Source: an uncultured Clostridia bacterium (GTDB lineage Bacteria > Bacillota > Clostridia > UBA1381 > UMGS1253). From it: a stretch of 41,674 nt of DNA. Shown here piece after piece: positions 8,069-18,447 of this stretch. The stretch's first letter is position 1, and each line of letters opens with the position of its first letter. Location: NCBI GenBank assembly GCA_937892135.1, contig CALAUK010000160.1:1-41674 (forward strand), given 5' to 3'. The position numbers and the translations under genes are program-made. Below the pieces are notes generated by a model that saw only the letters and a program-made list of their open reading frames with translations, was not told the DNA's origin and ran no database searches.

Positions 8069-8719
8069 ATGATTTTAGATATTCTTGCGGTTGTTTGCTT
8101 TTTTATCTGCCTTATAATAAATGCAAGGCGTGGCTTTGTGAAAAGTCTTCTTGGATTTATGGGCTTTTTTCTTGCAGGTGTAATAACTATTACAGCGGGA
8201 GGTGCATTTTCAGATGCGGTGCACGACACTCCTGCCGGGGAAACTGTAAGAAGCAGAGTTTTTAATACTACTTATGAAAGCATTTTAGTTTCGTCTGACG
8301 AAGATGTAGACACAGCTCTTGAAAATGTTAAGCTTCCTGATTTTATAAAAGAGAGAGCAAAAGAGAGAAGCGAAGAGATAACGGAAAATATATCATATTC
8401 ACTTTCGGAAAGCATAAGCGAGGTTGTGTTTGAGCTTTTGGCAAGGGGAGCATTGTTTGTAATTTTAATTTTAGGCTTCTTTGTTATTAAGCTTATAATT
8501 CCCGTTATTTTAAAATTACCTGTTATTAAACAGGCAGATAAAAGCTTAGGTGCTGTTGCGGGAATTTTAAACGGTGTTATTGCTTTATATGTTTTAATGC
8601 TTGTAGTTTCAATCGTAATGAGTATTTCTGAAATAAGCTGGCTAAAAGATGCGGCAGATAGCTCAATCGCGTATGAGTGGTTTTATGAAAAAAGCTTTTT
8701 AACAAAACTATTTTCTTAA
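8069..8719 (+). CDS. CvpA-family membrane protein
   Basis: Four predicted TM helices with a CvpA-like N-terminus (MILDILAVVCFFI..ARRGF) and an acidic loop insertion. Confidence 0.7.
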   Translation: MILDILAVVCFFICLIINARRGFVKSLLGFMGFFLAGVITITAGGAFSDAVHDTPAGETVRSRVFNTTYESILVSSDEDVDTALENVKLPDFIKERAKERSEEITENISYSLSESISEVVFELLARGALFVILILGFFVIKLIIPVILKLPVIKQADKSLGAVAGILNGVIALYVLMLVVSIVMSISEISWLKDAADSSIAYEWFYEKSFLTKLFS

Positions 8720-8735
8720 ATAAACAGGAGGAAAT

Positions 8736-9998
8736 ATGGATTTTGAAAATATGTCTCTTGCTGAGCTTCGCAGTTTAGCAAAAGAAAAAGAAATTAAAAA
8801 TATTTCATCTATGAGGAAAAACGAACTTATAGATGCCATTAATAAAATAACAGAGCCTGAAAAAGAGGAAAAGAAACCTTATGACGTGTATCGTGTTCAG
8901 GGCTTTTTGGAGGTTCATCCCGACGGCTTTGGTTTTATGAGATTTGATAACTATGAGTCAAGCGCAAAGGACATATATGTTTCAAACACTCAGATAAGAA
9001 GATTTAATTTAAAAACCGGAGATGAAATCATAGGCGATGCAAGGGTGGCCGCTGAAAACGAGCGTCAGGCGCCTTTGTTATACATTCATAAAATTAACGG
9101 TGACAGTGTTGACGCGTGCTTTAAGAGAAAACCGTTTGACACTTTAACACCGATTTATCCTGATAAGCGTCTTCATCTGGAAACTGATTTTTCAAGCTTT
9201 TCTATGAGGCTTATTGATTTGATTGCGCCCGTAGGATACGGGCAGAGAGGGCTTTTAGTAGCTCCGCCCAAAGCGGGTAAGACAACGCTTTTAAAAAATA
9301 TCGCGCAGAGCATAACAAAAAATCACCCTGATGTTAAGCTTATAGTTTTGTTAATTGATGAGCGACCCGAAGAGGTAACGGATATGAAACGCTCTATTGA
9401 CGGAGAGGTTATATATTCAACCTTTGACGAAACTCCCGAGCATCACGTTAAAATAGCGGAGCTTGTGTTTGAAAGGGCGCAAAGGCTTGTTGAGCATAAA
9501 AAAGATGTAGTGATTTTATTAGACTCTTTAACACGACTTGCAAGAGCATATAACTTAACCCTGCCATCGAGCGGAAAAACCTTGTCGGGTGGTCTCGATC
9601 CGTCAGCGCTTCATAAACCGAAAAGATTTTTCGGAGCGGCAAGAAACATCGAAGAGGGCGGAAGTCTTACTATACTTGCAACTGCACTTATTGAAACGGG
9701 AAGCCGTATGGACGATGTTATATTCGAAGAGTTTAAAGGAACCGGCAATATGGAGGTCCGCTTGGACCGTCAGCTTCAGGAAAAGAGAGTTTTTCCTGCT
9801 ATTGATATTTCAAAATCAGGAACAAGGCGGGAAGAGGCGCTTCTTGAAAAAGACGAGCTTAATGCTGTGTGGGCAATAAGAAAGGCGTTTTCAAAAAACC
9901 AGACAACAGATGTTACTGAAGAGGTTTTATTAAAGCTCACAAGAACAAAAACAAACAAGGAATTTGTGAAAAATATACTTGAAAGTATGGGAAGATAA
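8736..9998 (+). CDS. rho: transcription termination factor Rho
   Basis: Rho N-terminal SAP-like domain, RNA-binding GFGFMR, Walker A PPKAGKTT, and the [23 protein letters not shown] motif. Confidence 0.97.
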   Translation: MDFENMSLAELRSLAKEKEIKNISSMRKNELIDAINKITEPEKEEKKPYDVYRVQGFLEVHPDGFGFMRFDNYESSAKDIYVSNTQIRRFNLKTGDEIIGDARVAAENERQAPLLYIHKINGDSVDACFKRKPFDTLTPIYPDKRLHLETDFSSFSMRLIDLIAPVGYGQRGLLVAPPKAGKTTLLKNIAQSITKNHPDVKLIVLLIDERPEEVTDMKRSIDGEVIYSTFDETPEHHVKIAELVFERAQRLVEHKKDVVILLDSLTRLARAYNLTLPSSGKTLSGGLDPSALHKPKRFFGAARNIEEGGSLTILATALIETGSRMDDVIFEEFKGTGNMEVRLDRQLQEKRVFPAIDISKSGTRREEALLEKDELNAVWAIRKAFSKNQTTDVTEEVLLKLTRTKTNKEFVKNILESMGR

Positions 9999-11138
9999 AT
10001 GGAAATTTATTTCGACAATTCGGCAACAACAAAAACAGCAGATTGTGTTAATAAGAAAATGCTTGAGGTTTTATCAGATGATTGGGGGAATCCTTCTTCT
10101 CTTCATAAGATAGGTCAGAACGCCGAAAAGGTTTTTAAAAAAGCAAAAAAGGTTATCGCAGATGAAATAGGGGCATTAGCTGAGGAAATCTATTTTACTT
10201 CGGGCGGAACAGAAAGTGACAATATAGCGATTTTAGGATATGCAAGAGCCAACAAAAAAAGGGGAATGCATATAATAAGCACCACGGCTGAGCACCCCGC
10301 GGTTTCGGAATGTTTAAAAGAGCTTGAAAACGAGGGTTTTTCAGTTGATCTTCTTTCTCTTGATGAAAATGGGAACATAAGCTTAGATGAATTTGAAAGC
10401 CTGTTAAGAGAAGACACAATTTTAGTAAGCGTTATGCATATAAACAATGAGGTTGGCGCAATTTTCCCAGTGGATAAAATGAAAGCTATTATGAAGAAAA
10501 AAGCGCCCAGGGCGGCTCTTCATTCCGATTGTGTTCAGTCCTTTTTAAAAGAAAAGATAAACGTTAAAAAGTGGGACATAGATATGATTTCGGTAAGTGG
10601 CCATAAGATACACGGACCCAAGGGCATAGGTGCTTTGTATGTAAAAAAAGGCACGATTATCGGAAGCACTGTGTATGGAGGACATCAGGAGAAAAATCTT
10701 CGCTCGGGAACGGAAAATGTTTCGGGAGCAGCAGGAATGGCAGAGGCTGTTTTATTTATGAAAGAAAGAAAAGCTTCTGCTTTGGAGATTAAAAAAACGC
10801 TTAAGGAAAAAATTCTTTCTTCGCTTTCAGATGCCATCGTAAACGGAGACGAAAAGGCTTCGGATTATATATTAAATATGTCTTTTTTGGGAGTGCGCTC
10901 GGAGATTTTGTTGCATTCTCTTGAGGCTAGGGGAATTTTCGTTTCGGCGGGCTCGGCATGTTCATCAAACAAGCCGTCTCCAAGTAAGACACTCACCTCT
11001 ATGGGAAAATCTGCAAAAGAGATAGACAGTGCAATCCGCTTTAGCTTCGGTGCATATAACACAGTTGAAGAAGCTGAAATTGCCGCAGATGCCGTTATTG
11101 AGGAAGTCACAAAGATAAGAAAATACACCAGGGCGTGA
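9999..11138 (+). CDS. class-I cysteine desulfurase (NifZ/IscS-like, ThiI partner)
   Basis: FDNSATT, PLP-lysine motif SVSGHKIHGPKG, RSGTEN, and the active-site loop SAGSACSS. Directly followed by thiI. Confidence 0.9.
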   Translation: MEIYFDNSATTKTADCVNKKMLEVLSDDWGNPSSLHKIGQNAEKVFKKAKKVIADEIGALAEEIYFTSGGTESDNIAILGYARANKKRGMHIISTTAEHPAVSECLKELENEGFSVDLLSLDENGNISLDEFESLLREDTILVSVMHINNEVGAIFPVDKMKAIMKKKAPRAALHSDCVQSFLKEKINVKKWDIDMISVSGHKIHGPKGIGALYVKKGTIIGSTVYGGHQEKNLRSGTENVSGAAGMAEAVLFMKERKASALEIKKTLKEKILSSLSDAIVNGDEKASDYILNMSFLGVRSEILLHSLEARGIFVSAGSACSSNKPSPSKTLTSMGKSAKEIDSAIRFSFGAYNTVEEAEIAADAVIEEVTKIRKYTRA

Positions 11139-11152
11139 AAGGAAAGGTACAA

Positions 11153-12337
11153 ATGAAAGAGGTTTTATTGGTTAAATTTGGCGAGATTGTTCTTAAGGGA
11201 TTAAACCGCCCGTTTTTTGAAAGGACACTCGTTAAAAATATAAAAAATGCACTTTTGGATTTTGAGGGATTAAAAATAACAAGAGCTCAGTCTGCAATTT
11301 ACATTGAAAAAAATGACGATTCTGATTTAGACGATGTTGTTGAAAGACTTACAAAGGTTATAGGTGTGCTTTCTGTAACCCGCTGCTGTGTTGTTGAAAA
11401 AGATATAGAGAAAATTCAGAAAGCGGCAGTAGAATATGTAGGTGAGGACTTAAAAGAGGGAGTAACCTTTAAGGTTGAGGCAAAGCGTTCTGATAAAGCG
11501 TTTTACTTAAAATCTCCTGAAATATGCCGTATGGTAGGTGGATATATCCACGATAATGTGGACGGCCTTGTGGTTGATGTAAACAATCCAAAAAACACTG
11601 TTATGGTTGAAATAAGAGATTTTGGTGCTTATATATACTGCAAAAAGATTCCCGGTCAGGGAGGTCTTCCTATTGGTACAGGCGGAAAGGCAAGTCTTTT
11701 GCTTTCAGGCGGAATAGACAGCCCCGTTGCGGGTTATATGATTGCAAGGCGCGGTGTTGAAATAGATGCGATTAACTTCTTTTCATATCCCTACACATCT
11801 GAGCGTGCCAAGGCAAAGGTTATAAAGCTTGCATCGATTTTATCGGAATACACCTCAAAGATAAATCTTCATATAGTGCCTTTTACGGATATTCAGCTTG
11901 CAATAAGGGATAACTGCCCCGAAGAGCATCTTACTTTGGTAATGAGAAGATTTATGATGCGTATTGCGGAGATTGTTGCAAAGAAAAACGGCAGCGAGGC
12001 ACTTATAACAGGCGAGAGCTTAGGTCAGGTTGCAAGCCAGACTCTTCAGGCTCTTCATGTTACAAATTCGGCGGTTGATATGCCGGTATTCCGTCCTCTT
12101 ATAGGAATGGAAAAAGAGTCTATCGTTCAGATTTCAAGAAAGATTAACTGCTTTGAAACTTCTATTTTACCTTATGAGGATTGCTGTACGGTGTTTACTC
12201 CCAAGCACCCGACAACAAAGCCGAAAATAGAAAAAATAATAGCAAGCGAAAATCTTCTTGATGTTGAAAAGCTTATAGAAGAAGCCGTTTCAGGAGTTGA
12301 GACAATAGTTGTAACTCCCGGATACGACGAGATATAA
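11153..12337 (+). CDS. thiI: tRNA 4-thiouridine(8) synthase ThiI (no rhodanese domain)
   Basis: THUMP-type N-terminus and PP-loop LLSGGIDSPVA. ATG 11153 is preceded by AGGAAAGG. The GTG 11135 in the ORF track overlaps the upstream stop. Confidence 0.92.
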   Translation: MKEVLLVKFGEIVLKGLNRPFFERTLVKNIKNALLDFEGLKITRAQSAIYIEKNDDSDLDDVVERLTKVIGVLSVTRCCVVEKDIEKIQKAAVEYVGEDLKEGVTFKVEAKRSDKAFYLKSPEICRMVGGYIHDNVDGLVVDVNNPKNTVMVEIRDFGAYIYCKKIPGQGGLPIGTGGKASLLLSGGIDSPVAGYMIARRGVEIDAINFFSYPYTSERAKAKVIKLASILSEYTSKINLHIVPFTDIQLAIRDNCPEEHLTLVMRRFMMRIAEIVAKKNGSEALITGESLGQVASQTLQALHVTNSAVDMPVFRPLIGMEKESIVQISRKINCFETSILPYEDCCTVFTPKHPTTKPKIEKIIASENLLDVEKLIEEAVSGVETIVVTPGYDEI

Positions 12338-12367
12338 AAAAAGCCCATCTTATGATGGGCTTTTTTT
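12336..12367. terminator. bidirectional intrinsic terminator between thiI and trkH
   Basis: AGCCCATC-TTAT-GATGGGCT hairpin flanked by A and T runs. Confidence 0.8.
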
Positions 12368-13805
12368 AATACTTTTTCCAGGTTCTTGGTGATAACAAAA
12401 TTATAAGCGGGAACAACTCAAGTCTTCCGCATATCATAACAAAGGTTAAAACAAGCTTTGAAAGGTCGGAAAACTTAGCGAAATTTTCCAAAGGACCTAC
12501 ACCTGCAAGACCGGGACCAATATTATTTATGGTTGCCGCAAGGGCAGTGAAGTTTGTTTCAAAGCTGAAGCCGTCTAAAGAAATCAAAAGAAAAGCTGCA
12601 GTAAATATGAACACAAAAAACACTAAAAATGAGTTTGTTTTTTTGATTGTTTCGTCTTCAAGCTTTTTGCCGTTAATGCTTATAGTTGTAACACTTCGTG
12701 GGTGAATAAGAGAAACAATCTCTTTTTTAAAGGATTTCATAAATATAAGAATTCTTGAAACCTTGATTCCACCGCCGGTTGAACCAGCACAAGCGCCGAT
12801 AAACATAAGCATAACCAAAATTGTCTTTGAAAATTCGGGCCAGGCATTAAAATCAACAGTAGCAAATCCGGAGGTTGATATTATTGAGGCAACCGTGAAA
12901 AGTGTATGATGAATGGCTTCGCCTACTGTATTAAATAAGCTGAAGTTATTAAGCACTATAAGCGTTATTGCCGAAAGGACAATAATTACAAACATTCTTA
13001 ATTCTTCATTCTTTAACGCTGCCTTGAATTTTCTGAAAATAAGAAGAAAGTAAATGTTAAAGCTTACCGAAAACAGAAGCATAAATGCGCTAACAACTGC
13101 CTGGATATATGTGCTGTAGCTCGCAAGGCTGTCATTTTTTATTCCGAAGCCACCTGTGCCTGCTGTTGCAAAAGAGGTGTTTATTGCATCGAAAACGGGC
13201 ATTTTACCTAAAACCAAGAGCAAAAACTGCAATAAAGTCAAGCCTATGTATATTCCATAGAGAACTTTTGCAGTTGCATTTGCCTTTGGCACAATTTTTT
13301 CAACCTTAGGTCCTGTCGACTCTGCGCGCATAAGATGCATATTATATGCGCCCACCAGAGGAGCCAAAGCCATCACAAACATCAGAACACCCATACCGCC
13401 CAGCCAGTGAGTAAAGCTTCTCCAGAAGAGCATACAATGGCTTAAGCTTTCCACATCACTAATTATTGTTGCGCCTGTTGTTGTGTAGCCTGATGCGGAT
13501 TCAAAAAATGCATCAATAATACTTGGGATTTCGCCTGAAAAAAACAACGGAAGTCCGCCCGCAAAGCTTATAAGAATCCATGCTGAAGCAACCGTTATAA
13601 GTCCTTCTCTGGCATTAAGATTATTGTGCTTTGGTTTTAAGAACATAAGAGGAATTGAAACGGCAAGAATAATAGCTATTGCCGGCAAAAACGCAAATCC
13701 TGCCTGTTCTTTATATATAAAAGCCACAATCATCGGCAAAAGCATACTTATTGCATCAAACAAAAGTATGTTTCCGTTCAGCTTTAAAATAAGTTTTGTG
13801 TTCAT
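12366..13805 (-). CDS. trkH: TrkH/KtrB-family potassium transporter membrane subunit
   Basis: 479-aa polytopic protein with repeated selectivity-filter-like TTGA/TAGTGG/GSTGGG motifs. Downstream of trkA. Confidence 0.9.
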   Translation of the reverse strand: MNTKLILKLNGNILLFDAISMLLPMIVAFIYKEQAGFAFLPAIAIILAVSIPLMFLKPKHNNLNAREGLITVASAWILISFAGGLPLFFSGEIPSIIDAFFESASGYTTTGATIISDVESLSHCMLFWRSFTHWLGGMGVLMFVMALAPLVGAYNMHLMRAESTGPKVEKIVPKANATAKVLYGIYIGLTLLQFLLLVLGKMPVFDAINTSFATAGTGGFGIKNDSLASYSTYIQAVVSAFMLLFSVSFNIYFLLIFRKFKAALKNEELRMFVIIVLSAITLIVLNNFSLFNTVGEAIHHTLFTVASIISTSGFATVDFNAWPEFSKTILVMLMFIGACAGSTGGGIKVSRILIFMKSFKKEIVSLIHPRSVTTISINGKKLEDETIKKTNSFLVFFVFIFTAAFLLISLDGFSFETNFTALAATINNIGPGLAGVGPLENFAKFSDLSKLVLTFVMICGRLELFPLIILLSPRTWKKY

Positions 13806-13817
13806 TTATTCCTCCGA

Positions 13818-15179
13818 TCAGCTTTCTACTATTTCATCAAGCCTTGAGATGCCTTTTTGTGTTGTAACCACAATAACCGTATCGCCAACCTGAATTGAAT
13901 CTTTACCTGTGGGAGTAAAGGATTTTCCGTCTCTTGTGATGTTTGCGATAAGTGTGCCTTCTTTTGTATTAAGCTCTGAAAGCGGAATATTAAGAATGTG
14001 ACAATGCTCTCTTATGCGGAATTCCAATGCTTCTACCTTGTTTGACGCTATATGATGAAGCGACTCCATATCAGAATCCCAGGAATTCTGCATAACACGG
14101 ACATAACGCAAAATATAATCAGATGTGATAGTTTTAGGATACACAATACTTCCTATATTCATACCATTTAAAACATCGTCAAAGTCAAAGTGCTTTATTT
14201 TTGTAACAACTTTTGCATCCGGCACCTGCTGAGAAGCATACATAGACATTAACACGTTCTGCTCATCTGAGCCGGTAAGACTTAAAACAGCATCGGCATC
14301 TTCAATTCTTTCTTCGTGAAGAAGATGGTTGTTAGTTCCGTCTCCGTGAATAATCATAGCCTCCGGCAAAAGCTCAGACAAAAAGTCGCAGCGGGCTTTG
14401 TCTGCCTCAATGATTTTAACGTGTATGTTTGATTCAATAAGGATTTTTGAAACATAATAGGTAAGTCTTCCGCCGCCTATTATTACAACATCCTTTACCT
14501 TGTTGGCTTCTTCGCCTATTTTAACAAAAAACTCATTTGCAACCTTAGCTGTAGCCACAAAAGATACCGCGTCTCCTGCACGGAGTATGAAGTTACCGGT
14601 AGGAACGAAGACTTCGTTGTTTCTTTCTACTGCACACACAAAAACAGAAGTAGAAAAGATTTTGTGAATCTGATAAATCGGCAAATCATCCAAAGGAGAT
14701 TTGTCGGGGATTTTATATTTTAAAATTTCAACGCGTCCTTTTGCAAAGGTTTCCACTAAAATAGCCTGAGGGAACAGCATAAGTCTTGCGATTTCGTTTG
14801 CCGCTGCAAGCTCGGGATTGATATGCATACTAAGGCCCAGATCATCTTTTATAATGTTTATTGCATCAGCATATATGGGGTCTCGCACTCTGGCAATAGT
14901 GTTTTTTGCGCCAAGCCTTTTTGCAAGCAGGCAAGTAAGAAGATTAAGCTCATCAGAAGCAACCATAGCAATTAAAAGGTCGCAGTTTTCAACGCCTGCT
15001 TCTTTTAAAACAGAAACTGATTCGCCTCTTCCCGCAACACACATAACATCTAATGTTGTGCCTGCCTCTTCAAGCCTTTCTTCATCTGTATCTATAATTA
15101 CAATGCTGTGATTTTCTTTTGTAAGCTGTTCAGAAAGAGCCCAGCCAACTTTACCGCATCCAACAATAATGATATTCAA
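13818..15179 (-). CDS. trkA: Trk system potassium uptake protein TrkA (two RCK/NAD-binding domains)
   Basis: Contains IIIVGCGKVG and VVIIGGGRLT Rossmann motifs. TTG start with AAGGAGAGG upstream. Confidence 0.92.
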   Translation of the reverse strand: MNIIIVGCGKVGWALSEQLTKENHSIVIIDTDEERLEEAGTTLDVMCVAGRGESVSVLKEAGVENCDLLIAMVASDELNLLTCLLAKRLGAKNTIARVRDPIYADAINIIKDDLGLSMHINPELAAANEIARLMLFPQAILVETFAKGRVEILKYKIPDKSPLDDLPIYQIHKIFSTSVFVCAVERNNEVFVPTGNFILRAGDAVSFVATAKVANEFFVKIGEEANKVKDVVIIGGGRLTYYVSKILIESNIHVKIIEADKARCDFLSELLPEAMIIHGDGTNNHLLHEERIEDADAVLSLTGSDEQNVLMSMYASQQVPDAKVVTKIKHFDFDDVLNGMNIGSIVYPKTITSDYILRYVRVMQNSWDSDMESLHHIASNKVEALEFRIREHCHILNIPLSELNTKEGTLIANITRDGKSFTPTGKDSIQVGDTVIVVTTQKGISRLDEIVES

Positions 15180-15212
15180 TTAATCCTCTCCTTATCAAAA
15201 TATCTTAGAAAC

Positions 15213-15241
15213 ATTTTATCACGGCTTTGAAGTTTTATCAA
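15213..15241 (-). promoter_or_regulatory. candidate sigma-A promoter of trkA-trkH
   Basis: The minus strand reads TTGATA, 17 nt, then TAAAAT with an extended TG. The leader is only ~30 nt. Confidence 0.5.
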
Positions 15242-15305
15242 TCAAATTAGTATGCTTTTGATAAATCGTGAGCCGCGTCAAGTGGGGAAACTTAAAAAAA
15301 TGTGC

Positions 15306-15354
15306 AAAAGCGACAGAAACATTGTTGCTTTAATAATAGTTTTTGTCGCTTTTT
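15306..15354 (-). terminator. probable terminator downstream of metH
   Basis: 11-bp stem (15310-15320 / 15339-15349, one mismatch on the minus strand) with an 18-nt loop, followed by T runs on the minus strand. Confidence 0.45.
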
Positions 15355-15365
15355 AATAAAAATAT

Positions 15366-17756
15366 TTAATTTCCTTTTAATTCCTCTGCATATCTTACGG
15401 CTTCCATAGCGTCTTTTGCATAGTGGTCTGCATCAATCATTTTCGCATATTCGGAAGTTAAAACCGCACCGCCGACAACTGTTTTCGTATCAGGGCATTC
15501 TTTTTTTAAGAGCTTAATCGTTTCTGCCATGGAGGGAACAGTGGTCGTCATAAGCGCACTTAGTCCAACAAGAGGGGCATTATGCTTTTTAACCGCCGAA
15601 ACAACCTCTTCGGGAGGAACATCTTTTCCCAAATCGCAAACATCAAAGCCGTAATTTTGCAAAAGCACCTTGACTATATTTTTTCCGATATCGTGAATAT
15701 CGCCTTTTACTGTAGCAATAACAATTGTAAAAGGTTTTTCACCTTTCGAAGATTCTTTGGGCATAGAGCTTTTAATAACCTCAAAAGCACTTTTTGCCGC
15801 CTCTGCGCTCATAAGAAGCTGAGGAAGAAACACCTTTTTCTTCTCAAAGCCCTCGCCCATAATATTTAAGGCATATATAATATGCTCATCTATTATCTTA
15901 AGCGGCGGATTTTCTTTTAAAAGCTCCAAAGCCGAACTTGCCGCCGACTCTTTTAAGCCTTTTGTTATAGCATAAACAAGGTCTGACTTTGCTTTGTGTT
16001 CATTCTCTTTATCTTTTGCCGTAGTAACAGTTTTCTCCTTTACCACAGAAGAGGAAAACTCAATATATTTTTCACAGTTTGCATCTTTTTTTGAAAGTGC
16101 AAGAAAACTGTAGTACGAACTCATCATCTCAAAGGAGAGAGGATTTATTATAGCCGCAGAAAGTCCCGAGGAAAGAGCCATAGTGAAAAATGCCGAGTTT
16201 ATTTCGGGTCTGTTCGGGAGACCAAACGAAATATTAGACACGCCAAGGCTTGTTTTAATGCCTTCTTCATTAAGCCTTTTTACAGCTTCAAGTGTCGTCA
16301 TAGCGGCACTCTGGTCAGCACTTATTGTAAGCACCAACGGGTCTATAATTATATCCTTTTTATCTATTCCGTATTCCTTTGCACACGCTATAATCTTTTT
16401 TGCAATCTCAATTCTGCCGTCAGCAGTTTCGGGAATTCCGTTTTCGTCAAGAGTAAGCGCTATAACACATCCACCATACTTTTTAACAAGCGGGAAAACT
16501 TTTTTCATACTCTCTTCTTTTCCGTTCACGGAATTTACCAAAGGCTTTCCGTTGTAAACCCTCATGGCACTTTCCATAGCATCAAAATCTGATGTGTCAA
16601 TCTGAAGAGGCAAATCAGTAACCGTCTGCAATTCATAAACAACATTTTTAAGAACAGTCTTTTCGTCTATCTCAGGGAGTCCAACATTTACATCAAGAAT
16701 GTGAGCGCCGTTTTCTGCCTGAGAAATTCCTTCGCCTAAGATATAATCCGTGTCATTTTCATTAAGCGCCTGCTTAAAGCGTGGCTTTCCCGTAGGATTA
16801 ATTCTTTCGCCTATGATAATTGGAAGATTATCAAAATTTACGGCATGAGTATAAGAAGAAACACAGGTTTTATCTCTTTTTATAATTTCAAGAGGCTCAA
16901 GTCCTGACACTGCACTTACAGTCTTTTTAATATACTCGGGAGTAGTTCCGCAGCAACCGCCAACAATTCTCGCTCCGCTTTTAACAATATCTTTTAAGTG
17001 TTCTGAAAATTCATCAGCCGTGATATCGTAAACAGTTTCGCCGTTTTCAAAACGGGGAAGCCCTGCATTGGGGCTTACGATAATCGGAACGGATGCGCAT
17101 TCATAAAGCATGGGAACGATTTTCTTCATCTGAACAGGACCCAAACTGCAATTAAGGCCTATTGCATCAACTCCTAACCCCTCAAGCATACTGACCATAG
17201 CATAAGGGTCAGCGCCCGTCATAAGCTTTTTAGACTCATCGTAAACATTCGAAACGAAAACGGGAAGAGAAGACGCTTCCTTTGCCGCAATAACTGCAGC
17301 TTTCGTCTCGTAGCTGTCGTTTAAGGTTTCGAGCATAATAAGGTCTGCGCCGCAGCCCTCAGCCGCTAAAACAACCTTTTTAAAAACCTTTATCGCCTCT
17401 TCAAAATCCAAATCACCCAAAGGCTTTAAAAGTCTTCCTGTCGGGCCGATGTCTAGCGCAACAAACTTATCCTTTTCGCCAAACTCCGAAACGGCCTCTT
17501 TTGCTATTTTAATGCCCGCTTTAACAATCTCTTCAAAGTTTTCAAACTTTAAAGGATTTGCGCCAAAGGTATTTGTTAAAATGATATCTGCGCCGCTTTT
17601 AAGATATTCTTTATGAATATCTTTTATTACATCGGGATTTGTTATATTAAAATTTTCAGGAGCTTCTCCGCTTTTTAAAAAGCTCTTTTGCAAAACGCTT
17701 CCCATAGCGCCGTCTAAAAAAACAATTCCTGAGTGAATTTTTTCAATTATGTTCAT
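15366..17756 (-). CDS. metH: methionine synthase MetH, short form (Hcy-binding, pterin-binding, B12 cap and B12-binding domains; no reactivation domain)
   Basis: Hcy-S-methyltransferase domain (GGCCGTTP), pterin-binding barrel, and the B12 motif DIHDIGKNIV. ATG 17756 has better SD spacing than 17765. Confidence 0.93.
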   Translation of the reverse strand: MNIIEKIHSGIVFLDGAMGSVLQKSFLKSGEAPENFNITNPDVIKDIHKEYLKSGADIILTNTFGANPLKFENFEEIVKAGIKIAKEAVSEFGEKDKFVALDIGPTGRLLKPLGDLDFEEAIKVFKKVVLAAEGCGADLIMLETLNDSYETKAAVIAAKEASSLPVFVSNVYDESKKLMTGADPYAMVSMLEGLGVDAIGLNCSLGPVQMKKIVPMLYECASVPIIVSPNAGLPRFENGETVYDITADEFSEHLKDIVKSGARIVGGCCGTTPEYIKKTVSAVSGLEPLEIIKRDKTCVSSYTHAVNFDNLPIIIGERINPTGKPRFKQALNENDTDYILGEGISQAENGAHILDVNVGLPEIDEKTVLKNVVYELQTVTDLPLQIDTSDFDAMESAMRVYNGKPLVNSVNGKEESMKKVFPLVKKYGGCVIALTLDENGIPETADGRIEIAKKIIACAKEYGIDKKDIIIDPLVLTISADQSAAMTTLEAVKRLNEEGIKTSLGVSNISFGLPNRPEINSAFFTMALSSGLSAAIINPLSFEMMSSYYSFLALSKKDANCEKYIEFSSSVVKEKTVTTAKDKENEHKAKSDLVYAITKGLKESAASSALELLKENPPLKIIDEHIIYALNIMGEGFEKKKVFLPQLLMSAEAAKSAFEVIKSSMPKESSKGEKPFTIVIATVKGDIHDIGKNIVKVLLQNYGFDVCDLGKDVPPEEVVSAVKKHNAPLVGLSALMTTTVPSMAETIKLLKKECPDTKTVVGGAVLTSEYAKMIDADHYAKDAMEAVRYAEELKGN

Positions 17757-17774
17757 AACATACATTCCTTTGTT

Positions 17775-18443
17775 TTATTTAATTCTTGAAAAAGAACAAG
17801 TATCTCTTTTTTTGCATATTTCGCAGCCTTCGCTTAAGCAGTTTTCGTTTTTAGAAGAAATTCCGGATACACCGGTAACGGATTTGGACGGAAGCATAAA
17901 AAGATTTTCCGTAAGTGCCATTCCGAGAGTTTTTGTAAGATTTAAAGAAGAAAAAATGTCTTTTTGATGCTCTAAGTTAAAATCTCCGTAGCCGGGGCTG
18001 AAGCGCGGTCTTATAAACTTGTTTTCTTCAGAAAGCTTTCCTTTAAGCTCAGAAAAAAAGTCATTTAACAAGCTTTCTGTGAAGGCTGTCAAAGCCGCAT
18101 TTATAAAAACAAGACGGCCCATGTCAAGGCGGTTTTTGGAAATAAGCCTTTCCGTTTTAAAACCGAGCGTTATTGCGAAAATAAACGCCTCCTCGCAGAA
18201 ACACATATTTTTTGCAAGGCTTTTTGAGCTTACGCAAAAATCGGGGAAGTGCACAGCGTCACTTAAAACTTTTATCGGCACTCTCTTAAGTATAAGCTTT
18301 GGCTCAAGCGCTTCTTTTGCCTCTTTTATACAGTCGTCCAGAATAGAAGAAAAATCTTCTTCTGCGCCCGTAGAGTAAGCGTATCTTAAAACCTCTTTTT
18401 TATCGATAGATATTTCGTTTTTATCAAAATTTTTATAAATCAT
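17775..18443 (-). CDS. stand-alone methionine synthase B12 reactivation (AdoMet-binding) domain protein
   Basis: 222 aa, with RPRFSPGYGDF resembling the MetH activation-domain RxxxGY motif. Sits between metF and the truncated metH. Confidence 0.75.
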   Translation of the reverse strand: MIYKNFDKNEISIDKKEVLRYAYSTGAEEDFSSILDDCIKEAKEALEPKLILKRVPIKVLSDAVHFPDFCVSSKSLAKNMCFCEEAFIFAITLGFKTERLISKNRLDMGRLVFINAALTAFTESLLNDFFSELKGKLSEENKFIRPRFSPGYGDFNLEHQKDIFSSLNLTKTLGMALTENLFMLPSKSVTGVSGISSKNENCLSEGCEICKKRDTCSFSRIK

Positions 18444-18447
18444 AGCT

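Noticed and set aside
9589-9879. 96-aa plus-strand ORF in an alternative frame within rho. The same applies to 37107..37436 within tsf and 29302..29580 within comEC.
   Set aside because: They overlap well-supported genes out of frame, with no independent translation signals.
8736-9998. Prion-like N/Q-rich insertion in Rho, as reported for some Clostridium Rho proteins.
   Set aside because: This Rho is a compact 420 aa with no low-complexity insertion in the N-terminal domain.
15180-15365. Possible c-di-AMP (ydaO/kimA-type) riboswitch upstream of trkA-trkH.
   Set aside because: The predicted promoter leaves a ~30-nt leader, and no long structured GC-containing segment is present.
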